From Octopus sinensis (taxonomy: Eukaryota), in assembly GCF_006345805.1 (NCBI RefSeq), contig NC_043002.1, forward strand, positions 62,124,001 to 62,188,000: a stretch of DNA of 64,000 nucleotides, in the 5' to 3' direction. Below the pieces are notes generated by a model. That model worked only from the letters and a program-made list of their open reading frames with translations. It had not been told where the DNA came from and did not search any database. This document shows, piece by piece, positions 24,492 through 37,118 of this stretch. Each line of letters starts with the position of its first letter. The stretch's first letter is position 1. A program made the translations under genes and the position numbers.

Positions 24492-24952
24492 ACCTATTTC
24501 TTTACTACCCACAAGGGGCTACACACAGAGAGGACAAGCAAGGAGAAACACACGGTTTAATTCGATTATGTCGACCCCAGTACGTAACAGGTACTTATTT
24601 AATCGACCCCGAAAGGATGAAAGGCAAAGTCGACCCCGGCGGAATTTGTACTCAGAACGTAGCGGCAGACGAAATACCGCTAAGCATTTCGCCCGGTGTG
24701 CTAACGATTCTGCTAACACGCTGCCTTAAGAAACTTACTCTTTTCAAATCTATGCACATAACACAAGATTCTTGGGGAGGGGACCAGTCGATTTGTTCGA
24801 TCCCAGTACGCAACTGGTACTTAATTTATCGATTTCCGAAAGGATGAATTGCGAAGTCAACCTCGGCGGAATTTGAACTCAGAACGTAAAGACAAATGAA
24901 ATAACGCTAAGCATTTTGTCCGGCGTGCTGACTTTTCTGCCAGCTTGCCATC
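24492..24952 (-). mobile_element. Two tandem SINE family B copies (24492-24727, 24755-24952)
   Basis: Both carry atcgaccccgaaaggatgaa..gtc(g/a)acc..ggcggaattt cores. Confidence 0.9.
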
Positions 24953-25714
24953 CTGAGAACAACATTGGCATTGATTTTGAAGATTCAGTCAGCTAATCAG
25001 GCTGTGATCTGTTTGAGTTAATTTTGGGTTTATAATGTCTCTGCTAAATTAAAATGTTCTACAGCCAGCTGAGCTTTGAGGAATGATAGGTTGTGTAGTA
25101 GGATGTGACGGCAACGTTTAATGCAAAAATGTTGCTGATTAAATTTGGGGGCGTGCTATTGTTTAGGATTTACACATGTAGATTTCTACAATTCTACCTC
25201 ATTACATGTAGAACAATTTAAAAAGTTTCTAAGGCGAATCCTCCCGCGCGCACACACACACACAACATACATATATACAAATAGGATAGCAGAATAACCT
25301 GGCACAGTCTTTATATTACACATTTTCGTCATATTTTAAGTGACATGATATATTATTAAATACCTATGCTTATAGCCAAATGAAAGTCATATTTGTAAAA
25401 TAAAGAAATAAATACCACTGATTCCACCTCCATAAACACAAACTTGGAAAGTTCATGCATGTAGAACATTGGAATACGCTGTGTAAATTTAGGTGTGTCA
25501 TTATCAGTACATGAATTTTCAAAATAGAACGTAGTTAGGGTGTTGATCAGTAGATGTGTCACTCCGCTTAGATGTCGTTAGCTTTATTTATTCTTTTAAT
25601 CTTTTAGCCTTTGTTTCAGTCATTTTACTGTGGCCATTCTGGAGTACCACCTTTTTAGACGTACAAATCCACCCCAGGATTTATTTTTGTAAGGATAGTA
25701 ATTATTCGCTTTTT

Positions 25715-25779
25715 GTCAGTGCTAATGTTACATCAGTTGTCAAGCGATTGTAGGGGGACTAACACAGACACGCAAGCAC

Positions 25780-25836
<57 letters not shown>

Positions 25837-25957
25837 CAACACACGCATGTATATATATATATATATATTCGACGGGATTCTTTCTGTTTCCGTCTACCAA
25901 ATCCACTCACAAAGCCTTTGTCGGCCGGAGTTATAGTAGAAGATGCTTGCCCAATGT
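25715..25957 (-). mobile_element. SINE family A body (its head lies at 27789-27822)
   Basis: ttctgtttccgtctaccaaatccactcacaaagcc..tagtagaagatgcttgcccaa. Confidence 0.8.
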
Positions 25958-26002
25958 GCTCCTCTTACAAGGAGAAGGCACTAAAACCTCTCACTTAACA
26001 TG

Positions 26003-27760
26003 TTTTCTTTTTGTTTTCTTTCTTAAAGCACACAATTGAGGTTATAAACCACTACAAAATAATCCAATAAGATGAGGTTTCAAACCCTGTAACGAGGGTC
26101 TTTCACCTCCTACTCTTCAATATATCCATCGATATATTCATCATTATCTTCAATGCCGCTTGAGTTCCTGTATCCCACCATTTCCCATGCCTCACTCATG
26201 TAGGACATGTAAGTCGTGTAAGGGCCACCCGGCCATATGCGACACTCCTTCCCAAATCCTTTAAGACTTTCCCCCAAGGGAAACCTTATGACATCCACAG
26301 CTATCTGCGGAGGCCATTCGGGTTCCCGTGTGAAGGGCATATCTACAGTTTCTTTATGTTCTACTATTTTTCCCCTCCCCCGCCTTGTAGAAAAAGATAA
26401 TTAATTGATCATCTTTAAGGGTGGGTGTGGTTTCTTCCACCGTGGGTGGCACAACTTCGGGACATTCAGTATTTACATCATCTCCCCGCTGAGATGACCT
26501 GTTCTTCTTCCTTCTTTTTTTTTCTTTTCTTCCTGGCTTCGGGAGAGTGGAGCTCTTCCGCTTTGTTCGGAGACTCTCCCCCGCCTTCCGAAGCCCTATG
26601 TTCCTTCGGCGGGCAACTATTGTTGCCCGCCTTCTTCCTTTTTAATCCTTTTTGAGTTGAAGGGGCTGAAGCCTCCTCGACCACATCCACCTCTCCCTTT
26701 GACCGGGTAGGGGAAGTGGCATCTAGTGACTGTTCCAGGACCATACCATGATCCTGAGGGCAGTTCCTTTTAATGTGGCCTGGCTGCAAGCACGAGTGAC
26801 ACTTTGGGGGACGTCCCTCAAGTATCACCGGATACCTGCAGCCAGCCATTTTCAAGAAGTCTAGAAAAACCAGTTCTGTTGCGGCCGATGGTGTCCATAG
26901 GGTCAAAATCGATTTGACCCTTCCCAATCGACCGCCGGCAATACTCTTATATTTAAGAGTCTGGGCCCGCCATCCCCCAGTCCCGGGGGGAGACCACATA
27001 CCCAGGCTCGTATTAATTTTTTTCCACAATATGACGGGCGAAACAGAATTTCCTTGCTTTCTAAAGTCTGACTCGAAAACTGGCGAGCCTTTTCCCCGTT
27101 GTCAAACAACAACCATACGGTTGCATGTTTGACACCACGGGATATATATTTTACAGAGGACAAATGTTCTTTAAGTTCATTTTTTATGACTTGTTTTGGG
27201 AAGACTGTGATGGAATTAAGAACATTAGAATACGTTCTAAGTACCATCGTCTTCTCCTCCATATCTTTTATCCATTGCTTAGGCGGGTTAATTTCCCACT
27301 CTAAGACAGAGTTTTTCTGCCATGTCAAAAACAGTTCAAAAGTAGTTCAAAAGACAGTCTGCCAAAAAATTAAACCGAATAAAAATAAAACAAAATAAAT
27401 GAGGAGGGGAGGAAACTGAAATTAAAGTAATGAAAGGAATGAACCAAAATTTAGAAAGAAAGAAAAAATAGAAGAAGGGAAAATTAAAAGAAACACCTCA
27501 CAAATAGCACAGACAGGGAATCCTTTGTATAATACTCCAAAAAGGTAATCCAAAAGGTAATCCAAATGGCTTATTCTTATTTTTCTGGCGAGATACGCCC
27601 ACTAGAATTCACAAGAAGAATTTTCAAAAAATTCTCAATTCACCGTTACGGTGATGAGAACCCAGTATTTTGCTCACTATAGCGAGCCATAATTGACAAT
27701 TTTTCTTTTTGTTCTTTTTTTTCTATTCGCGGAGCCGAAACTCACATCTGCTCACTGTAA
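26003..27760 (-). mobile_element. ORF1-only L1/Tx1-like non-LTR element
   Basis: About 430-bp 5' UTR starting near CAGT; frameshifted ORF 27328 to 26110 with a CX2CX4HX4C knuckle; short 3' UTR and A-rich tail; no APE or RT. Confidence 0.65.
26110..27328 (-). pseudogene. LINE ORF1-type nucleic-acid-binding protein (zinc knuckle), two frameshifts
   Basis: YPVILEGRPPKCHSCLQPGHIKRNCP; pieces are track ORFs 26903-27328, 26478-27029 and 26110-26340. Confidence 0.7.
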
Positions 27761-27849
27761 CAGTCCAGACCAACTAGTGTTGCATTCTGGGTAAGCAAGC
27801 TTCTTACCACACAGCCACACCTGGATACTATTAGAACATTTAACCTTGT

Positions 27850-28200
27850 ATGTTGAGAATGTAGGTTTTAAAACTAGGAGTTCAGTCCAGCATTCTAACT
27901 TTTGTATTTAGGCTTGTTCACAAAGTATCTCAGGTTTTAGGTAATGTGTTTTTAAGGTTTCACGAGTGAAGATGATTTGTTAGCAGGCCTGTATTTCACT
28001 AGTTTGTATTAGGAGGTGTTGTTCATTACTGAAGCATGTAATGGCGTTATTTGCAAATGTTTTAATTCTCTCAGGAATATGTAAGTAGGTTTGAAGTTTG
28101 CTGGTCAGCATATTCGTGATCGGGGGATCATTGTTCTGTAAATTGCATGCTGGCGACTGAGAAATTTTAATTTTTGTGTTTATGGAAGTGAAATCTATGG
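27850..28200 (-). pseudogene. Possible very decayed RLE-LINE RT fragment
   Basis: ..PPITNMLTSKLQTYLHIPERIKTFANNAITCFSNEQ.. loosely follows the RPITCL..YK..TS...ERI..NN...EQ pattern. Confidence 0.25.
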
Positions 28201-29248
28201 TGTTTATTAATTAATTAATTAATTTATTTATTTATTTATTTATTTATTTATTTGGCTATAAGCATGAGCATTTTATAATATATCATTTCACTTATAAAAA
28301 TATGAAGAAAATGGATAATATAAAAATTGTGCAAGTAATTCTAAGCCAGGTTATTCTGCTATCCTATTTGTATATATGTGTGTATTTTTTGTGTGTGTGC
28401 GCGCACATTCATTTTAGAAACTGTTTAAAATGTGGTATGCCGCTTTGTATTTAGGATGATGGCAACCAAGTCACTCTCAATAATATTCTTGTTAAAGAAT
28501 AGTAAGTTTGTACTCTTCCATGTTTATTGAGTAATTATTCAACTCAACATGAATCTGTGTTTTATTAGAATATAAGCATCATTCGTATATACATATGTGT
28601 GTTTGTTTATGTATAGTTCAGTTTTGCCTTTATGGTTGTCTGCTTGACTGCTTTACGCCTTCGTAACAGTTCGGCAAGAGACACCAAAGAACAAGTATTA
28701 TATATTAGGAAATAAATAGCGTGGTCGATTTGGTCGGAAGAATGAAAATTAGATGCGAGTGGTTATATATCAATACCTAATACGTATGTCTTAATGGGCG
28801 AAACTGTCTCAAATGATACATTCAATATGTCATTTAATGCTATGAGTTGTTAGTTCAATTTCGAACAGTAACAGCCAACGTATATTTTTGTTCCGGGGTC
28901 AATCAAATAGAGTACAGAATGACTAATGTGGTCGATATAATCAACGAACTGCTAGAACTAAATGTCTGATCTAGGTTCTATGCAAGAAAATATGATTAGC
29001 GTAGTTTTGTAAATCACTACTCAAATAAGTATTCAGATATTTCTCACCTTCAAACCATTAGCGTCGTAACATGTTCCATAATATATATATATATAGGTGT
29101 CTCTGCAAGTGAATATGCGACTGTGTCGTTTATAAATATATTGATATATATACATATATATAGTATATATATATATATATGTAACAAATATATATATATA
29201 TGTATGTATATATTTATCAATCTCTATATATATGTATATATCTATCTA

Positions 29249-29298
<50 letters not shown>

Positions 29299-29399
29299 TG
29301 CATACATATGTATATTTATATGAAGGCGTATGTATAGACAACTACAAAGCCACACACAAACATTCACAGACATATACTTATGTATGAGCGTGAGTGCAT

Positions 29400-29444
<45 letters not shown>

Positions 29445-29575
29445 GTATGTGTATATATACATATACACATATATATAAATATGTATAGATGTAAGTTTAT
29501 ATATGTATAAGTATATCTCATATATATGTATATAGAGATATAAGTATATATGTATAAATATATATATACAGATAA

Positions 29576-29667
<92 letters not shown>

Positions 29668-30049
29668 TATATTTATACACACACATATATATGTGCGTAT
29701 ATATACACACATATCGCTGATAAAGAAATTTTATTGAAAATTCCAATAATTTTAAATGATATTTATTTCGGTAAAACATTATGAACTGCAAAAATTTGTG
29801 TTAGTGGCCAATTAAATTACAAATTGTATATGCATTGCACATTTACACTTTTCTTCCTGTTCCAAATTTTTTGCTGAATTTATAAGCAAGATGTATTTGT
29901 TGATACGTTTGATTGAAACTCGAGAGAAATTTAACATTTATGAAAAAGAGACGAATTACTAGACGCGTATAAATTGCAAACGCATAAAGTGCTCCACACA
30001 CACACACACCTATAAACAGATACACGCACACAAATACACAGATATGTAA

Positions 30050-30116
<67 letters not shown>

Positions 30117-30429
30117 ATATAATAAATGTATGTGTGTGTTTGTGTACATTTTTGTTAATATTGGAGACGGAACTTTGTTTAATATTCATGACAATAAAAT
30201 GAGATAGAAGTGTAGAAATCTTAGGACATTTTAGCTAATGACACATTTAAAATATATGCGGTGTCTCACCTGGTCACATAAATGTAATTACATGCATACA
30301 CATACACGCGTGCGCACGCTTAGGCATAAAGAGAGACGTAGCACAGGAAGTGATAAACTGAAAAAATATTAATAAGCATGAAGTAACTAAATACCTATAT
30401 AGATACGGGTAGAATTCACAAAAATAAAA

Positions 30430-31262
30430 ACAAATCACGAAGACAGGTGGTGTAGACAACATGCAGATGTATTACTTTAATGCTCGATAAGTGAAGACGT
30501 ATTTAACATTTCGAGCCTACGCTCTTCCACAGAAAAGAACACAGAAAGAAACAAGGAGAGAAAATAAAGAATATGTATTGGCTAGCGAGCTATCATGGCG
30601 AATGCCGGACATAGGGGTCACACAGGACAGCTAGGAAAAAGGGGAGATAATAAAGTAGTCATGATCTCAAAACGAAGGTGTGCGTGCGTGTGTATAAGAG
30701 AGTATGTATGTGTGTGGAAGAGGGTATGTGCGTGTGGAAGAGGGCTGGTGACCATGACGTATGAGTGTGTGAATGTGGGACTGGGAAATGGTAAGCACTA
30801 GTGTGTGCGTGGTGGTGTGAGGTGATGTAGTGGTGTGTGGTGTGGTGTGTGGTGTTGGGAGGTCGGGGAGGCGAGAGTGGGGGAAGCAAGATCGAGGTGT
30901 GGGTTAGGCTGAGGGCGGGGTATATGGGAGTGTGTTTAAGGGATGGGGTGGGGTGTGATGGTATGTATAGGAAAGGTGGGTTTGGATTGTGTAGAGGAAG
31001 GGAGAAGGTGGGTAGGAGTAAAGAGCAGAGGGAAGGAGAGTAGGAGTTAAGAGAAGTAGGAGTCGGAGCAAGAGAGGAGAGGTGGGTGGGAGGAAGTAGG
31101 GGAGATGAGAGGGGAGGAGGTTAGATGAAGAGGGGAGGCGAATTGAACCCATGAGGCGCAAAGGAGCGAAGAGAGAAGATTAATCCCTGTTCACGGCGCA
31201 AACGGGAGTCTGGATGGCCCCTGTAAGATTAACCAAAATGTATTCCACCTGATTAGAGATAA
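30430..31262 (-). mobile_element. 5'-truncated Penelope-like element end (GIY-YIG C-terminus, C-rich 3' region, hammerhead variant at 30500-30537)
   Basis: Minus translation RLRREQGLIFSLRSFAPHGFN near 31230-31140 matches the PLE REQ.WIF.L....P.GLN terminus; motif CUGUGGA-A-GAGC GUAG GCUC-GAAAUGUU. Confidence 0.65.
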
Positions 31263-31284
31263 ATGTTATTTAACAAATACGATA

Positions 31285-31375
31285 TGTGTGTTACGACTGG
31301 TTTCATGCGCTGAGAGTATACCAAGCAGTATATTTAAACACATCTGGTATCCTAGTACAATCATCAGGCACGACA
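31285..31375 (-). ncRNA. Degenerate hammerhead motif with long stem II
   Basis: CUGAUGA (31367-31361) ... AUACCA/UGGUAU helix ... GAAAC-CA-GUC (31304-31295); stem I is weak. Confidence 0.4.
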
Positions 31376-32074
31376 AGATGATAGACAAAGCGAAAAAAGG
31401 TTAGAAAGAAATATGTATATTTATATCTACTTCAGAGCTTGGAATGGGGAACGTTTAAATGGGAACATTTAGGAGTAGAACTAACAATATTTGACCTATA
31501 TAGAGTGTAAGGAAATTATTTCAGCAGAGCTACTTGGGAATTCTATTCATCAGATCTTTCCAGAAATATAACACAATTCTTAATTTCCTAAATCACACCA
31601 GTCAGCTTGAAGAATATTTATGGCATCCATTCATAACTTGCTTAAAGTATAACTGACTGATTCAATTAGGAAGAGGAGGTATATTGAATAAAGTTTTTCA
31701 GTAGTTAATGATAAAATCTCAATGAAAATGACATTTGATCAGCATAAAATCAAAATATGAACTATGAGTGAATAGGAGGAAAAGTTAGTAAGAATTCTAA
31801 AGGAAAGTATACGATGTATTATTTATCAAGAAGATATTCAATATCACACAAATTATTTCCCCTACAAAATAAGCCTAACGATATCGAATAATATTGATAT
31901 AATTATGATAAAGGTATAAATGTCAAGATAAAAATTGGCTAAAATGATTTTTGAAATAATATTAACAGGAAACTTAAAAAATGAAATTGAAACTTATTAA
32001 AACAATTAAAAGTGATTATTAAGTTATCGGAGTGCGATATCTTAAAACAAATTAAATTATATTTATGGTTTCAA

Positions 32075-32268
32075 TTTTTGGCAACGGTTTTGAGAAAGGG
32101 GGCTGACCGATTACATTGAAACCAGTGCTGAGGCCTTATTTAATTTATCCGCCTCAAAAGTGTAATGTAACGTCCATCTCAGTGGATGGAGAACTCAGAA
32201 TGTAAAGATGGACGAAATACCACTAAGCATTTTCATAGGTGTGCTAAGAATTCTGCATGCTCGACGCT
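32075..32268 (-). mobile_element. SINE family B, degenerate
   Basis: gaactcagaatgtaaagatggacgaaataccactaagcatttt. Confidence 0.65.
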
Positions 32269-32320
32269 CTACAACAACTACAAAAATTGCTATAATAATA
32301 ATATATTAATAATAATAATA

Positions 32321-32351
<31 letters not shown>

Positions 32352-32508
32352 TATAATAATTATAATAATAACAACAACAATAAAAATAATAACAATTATC
32401 ATTATTATTATTATTATTACGGTTATTATTATTATTATTATTATTTTATTATTATTATTATTATTATTTATTATTATTATTACCATTATTATTATTATTA
32501 TCATTATC

Positions 32509-32985
32509 GAGTGAGAGAGCAGTAAATGCCATCAAAGTGACACTGAGGTAAAATTTACTAAGCCCAGTATACCCATCATGACTAGACGTCTGATAAGAGT
32601 ACACCAGGCACACGCATCACAACCATATGTGCGCGACATGGTGATCTCATATCAAGTAAAACAGCACATGATCTTGCAGATGGGGCCCAGTTAGACTTTT
32701 CTTCAGGTCGAGTAGTCCATCGCGCTCAAAAGGTCCCTGAATAAGGATTGTTTTTAGGATGTTGAACGAACCACCTATGTTTCAAAAGGGGAATAATCCA
32801 AACCTCTAGGAATTCCTTTTAAAACAGGGCTATGATTCTCCACCATCTCTGCTCATGTTCAGAGACGCACATATCGTCAGCCACGGTCAACTGGTTAAGG
32901 TCAAACAACTGACAAGCAAATCTGTGGTATTGAGCAGAATATTTGCTATAGCCCATCATTTATACAAAGACAAAACAATGTACAT
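32509..32985 (-). mobile_element. TAA-embedded non-coding element, copy 2 (truncated at its inferred 5' end)
   Basis: gagtgagagagcagtaaatgccatcaaagtgacactg...gacaaaacaatgtacat, then (TTA)n. Confidence 0.85.
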
Positions 32986-33024
32986 TATTATTATTATTAT
33001 ATTATTATTATTATTATTATTATA

Positions 33025-33065
<41 letters not shown>

Positions 33066-33407
33066 CGGATCGATATGAATGAATACTGCATCGCAGAATT
33101 TTGAAAAGCCAGCCTACGAGAAAAGTGCATTTGCGAATTAAAGAATGTATAATTCTCTATTTTTGTTCCCTTTCTATGCACGTCTGTACCTAAAATTCAA
33201 ATTTGGAAACTGGATAGAGGGTAAAGAGAGGTTTTACGGCCGGTGAGGAAAACAATGTCTGGGCAACTTAAGCAGCTACGCTTGATCCCTTTTGATTATA
33301 AAATATCCGGCTAGAACTTTAGATTCATTTGTGTTATGCATGTATGCATGAGAATATATATATATATATATATATAATATATTATATATATATATATACC
33401 CCATATG

Positions 33408-33441
<34 letters not shown>

Positions 33442-34036
33442 TGTATGTATGTATGTATGTATGTATGCATGCATGTATGTGTGAGTGTCTGCATGTGCAT
33501 ATGTTTATATTCTAATGTGTCCGCAGTCAAATGGCTGTAACAAGTAACAGAGTAAAAGAATAAAAGAATATATACATATATATATATACATATTACTAAC
33601 ATATATATATATATTTCTTCGTTTTTCTTCGTGTGTCCGTGTATTTATATTTGAATATGAATGTGCGCACACACACGGTCACACACACGTGTGTGTGTGT
33701 GTGTATCATATTCTTCAATACATGAATACAAATGTATTTCTCCCAGGTGAATAATTTAGTAAACCTCCTACACTTGCATTTTTCTATTAATTTGAATATG
33801 AACCACGTGACGAAAGAGCAACGCATCCAAATTTATAATTTAATTGGACACAATGTATACATTTCAACATATTTTTTTGTTACAATTCCGTCGGTTATTT
33901 GTGGAAGAAATCTTGTGATGCATGCACAAATAGATACTATAATTGCTTATTCTATAATTTTCATGTTAGCTAATGAATGCTCGAATTATTAGAGGTATGA
34001 CTCGGCAGGTTAAAATGTAGGTTCAGTTATGTTTAA

Positions 34037-34119
34037 ATACATTTATATGAATAAAAATAGTATAGTGTAACTTATCTTAGATAAGTTACACTATACTATT
34101 TTTATTCATATAAATGTAT
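34037..34119. repeat. Perfect palindrome, 41-bp arms with 1-nt spacer
   Basis: atacatttatatgaataaaaatagtatagtgtaacttatct-t-agataagttacactatactatttttattcatataaatgtat. Confidence 0.95.
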
Positions 34120-34157
34120 GCATGTGTATGCATGTACGTACGCATATACATACATAC

Positions 34158-34236
<79 letters not shown>

Positions 34237-34428
34237 GTCTATATATATATCACTGCTATTATGTATGTCCAAATTTGGCCAAATGCGTTTTTCTTTCAAT
34301 ATTTATTGTGGGTAAACTATCGTATCTCCAGCCGATATAGATGCCAAGACATGAAAAATTGTCAAAGCGTAGTGCTAACGTTTCGCTAAGGAATGGTGAA
34401 ACTATTAGTTCGTATATAATATAATATA

Positions 34429-34485
<57 letters not shown>

Positions 34486-34715
34486 ATGGGGTGGGCTTGT
34501 GTGCGTGTATGAGTGTATATATGCAGGTCGTCTTCAATTTAAGACTGATTGACTTTACGGCAATTTGCTCAACAGCTCCCGGCAGCAATGATAAATGGTC
34601 CTGTTGAAATCCAATTGGTTTTATTTCTTGGAAATTAACCCGTCTGCGGATGATGTCAGCAAACATGTAACATCGAAAGTCCACAGCCAAGCACCAGACA
34701 ACAATAGCGTTGTTA

Positions 34716-35281
34716 TGAGGGTGAGTCAAAAGTAATGCCATTTTGTTTATGACAGGTATATTTACCAACACAAGAACATGTATCATACATCAAAATGACT
34801 CTGGTCTTCTGTGGATCACATCCTTATTTCTCAACATAGTCACTGTTTCTGTCAATAGCAATGTTCCACCTTCGAATGACAGCATGCATCCCTGCCCCGA
34901 AAAAAATGTTGACTCTTCCTTGAACCACTTCTTCACTGCAGTTTTTACTTCCTCGTCGCTGCAATAATGTTTGCCCTTCAAACCCTCTTTCATGGGGCCG
35001 AAGAGATGATAGTCTGAAGGCGCTAAATTATTCCAGTGACAAGGAAGGGAAAAACTGTAGTGAAGACGTGGCTCAAAGAACAGTCAACAGAATTTTACGG
35101 AGCAGGATACATGCTCTCATTCGGAGGTGGAACATTGCTATTGAGAGAAACGGTGACTACATTGAGAAGTAAGGATGTGATCCACAGAAGACCAGCTTTC
35201 ATTTGGTATATGATACATGTTTTTCTGTTGGTAATTATACTTGTCATAAACAAAATAGCATTACTTTTCGACTCATCCACG
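34716..35281. mobile_element. Fold-back mariner derivative (both arms from the transposase 3' end)
   Basis: TA-tgagggtgagtcaaaagtaatgcc...gcattacttttcgactcatccacg-TA; minus arm encodes LAPSDYHLFGPMKEGLKGK; plus arm repeats the same C-terminus. Confidence 0.85.
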
Positions 35282-36109
35282 TATATATATATATATGGTA
35301 TGAAAGGTATTAGTGTCTGGATGACCCAAAAGGTATCGGGTAAACGGTAAGTAAGTGGTATGAATAGACGAAGGTTAAGCGTGGGTCATGTACAAGCATG
35401 CATAATATATAAACTGACAGAGTGAGATTTAAAAATCCAAGCCAGTAAATAGATTTCATAATAGAGATCAGTAAAATAAGTACCATCTGCAAAGAAAGAA
35501 AAATGTATCACGAAGGACTTAAGTCTTCAGGATTATGCCCCAGCATGGCCTCAGTTCAATAACCGAACCAGCTGCAAAATAAGATGTAAAAAAATTGTTT
35601 GTAATCTATGTAATGCTGTAGGTTTTAGAAAGAATATAGCTATGACGACGTTAGCTTTTGTAACTTTACTTCATTATTCAGAATCTCTTATTATTCAGAT
35701 CCTCCCAGCACACCTGCGTCCTACGTTTATGATTACTAACGTAATAGATACTAACGCAAGAGATATATATCCAGAGAATTTGTATAAATGCTGAGTCAAT
35801 AGACAATAATACTTTACTTTGTTTATTGACGTCCAGCAAAGACAAATCTGATGTAATTTGATCTTAACATATGAATGTTGTCTAAAAAAATACGTGTTCT
35901 TTTTTCAGTTAAGCTACCGATTACACCGTCTGCTAAGTTTTATAGCAAATACATCAAATGCTTACTAGAAATACGAAGCGAGATTTTATGCACGAACTGG
36001 TTTTCATAATTATTTGCAGTGATTCACAGAGCCATGTTTTTCGGACGTGGTACAGATTATGAAGTAAAGTATTTATTTTATTCAATTAAAATTAATTTAT
36101 AATAGGCGC

Positions 36110-36480
36110 AGTTTACTTCCCGACCAGATTGTTCCCGGTTCAGTCACGCGTGTGAAACCTTGGGTGAGTGTCTTCAACTATAGACCTGGTCCGACCAAAT
36201 CATTGTGAGAGGATCTGAAAGATGAAAGCTGAAAGAGGCCTGTCGTATGGCTGTGTATGTGTATATGTGTGTGTATATGTTTGTGTGCGAGTGTGTGTGG
36301 GTGTGTGTTTGTGTTTTGTATCAGTGTGTTTAAGTCCCTGTAACCTAGGGGTTTCAGCAAAAGAGACCGAAAGAATAAGTTCCAGAATTTAAAAAGAAAC
36401 AAATTTTGGGGTCGATTCGGACAGGCAAAATTCTTCAAGGTGATGCCCCATCATGGCCGCAGCCTAAACACTGAAACGAG
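36110..36480 (+). mobile_element. SINE family A, degenerate full-length
   Basis: cggttcagtcacgcg..accttgggtgagtgtcttc..(TG)n..ccccatcatggccgcag. Confidence 0.75.
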
Positions 36481-36611
36481 TTATATATAACGCAGTAAAA
36501 TGTGAATCTGCTATTTTGTGCAATATTTGTTTCATTCTTTCATTTGTTACAGTTATTTGATTGCGGCCATGCTGGAGCGCTGCATTTAGTCCAACTCCAG
36601 GACTACTGTTT

Positions 36612-37037
36612 GTTTCAGTTCTTGCAACCATTCAGCATCCTTCTTGTGCTCCTTGTCTTTGCTCCAGATGTCACTCCAAAACCTTTGACTTTCAATGTTA
36701 TCTGGTATCAACTTTTCATGTGTACATATCCATTTATTTCTTTATAGAATCTCTTCCGATCTAGACTGAATAAACTATTCTGGTGGTAAACATTCATTCT
36801 TTGGTCTTATCTTACCATCTTTGCTTTCTCTGCATTTAGCTGCTGTTTCAGTTCCTCCACTACTACTTTCAGGCCCTTCCTTTCAATTTTATACTTCCTT
36901 TTCAGCGCTCTGTATTTTTGCTCGCTTTTAAGGTCCCCTTTCTCTTTTCGGTCTAACACAGAGATTTCCTTCGAGAGCATGTCTAACCCTGCCTGGATTC
37001 TTCTTCTTCACCATGGATCTTTTCTTTGACACTCCCA
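36612..37037 (-). pseudogene. Dong/R4-type LINE internal fragment (region N-terminal to RT)
   Basis: Frameshifted translation ..KYRALKRKYKIERKGLKVVVEELKQ..QNSLFSLDRKRFYKEING..PDNIESQRFWSDIWSKDKEHKKDAEWLQEL; begins at (TAA)n. Confidence 0.75.
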
Positions 37038-37039
37038 TG

Positions 37040-37095
<56 letters not shown>

Positions 37096-37118
37096 CATTA
37101 TTATTATTATTATCATTC

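Noticed and set aside
28075-28080. 6-nt microexon GAATAT between tctctcag and gtaagt
   Set aside because: Good splice signals, but it lies antisense within a probable decayed LINE fragment and cannot be supported without RNA data.
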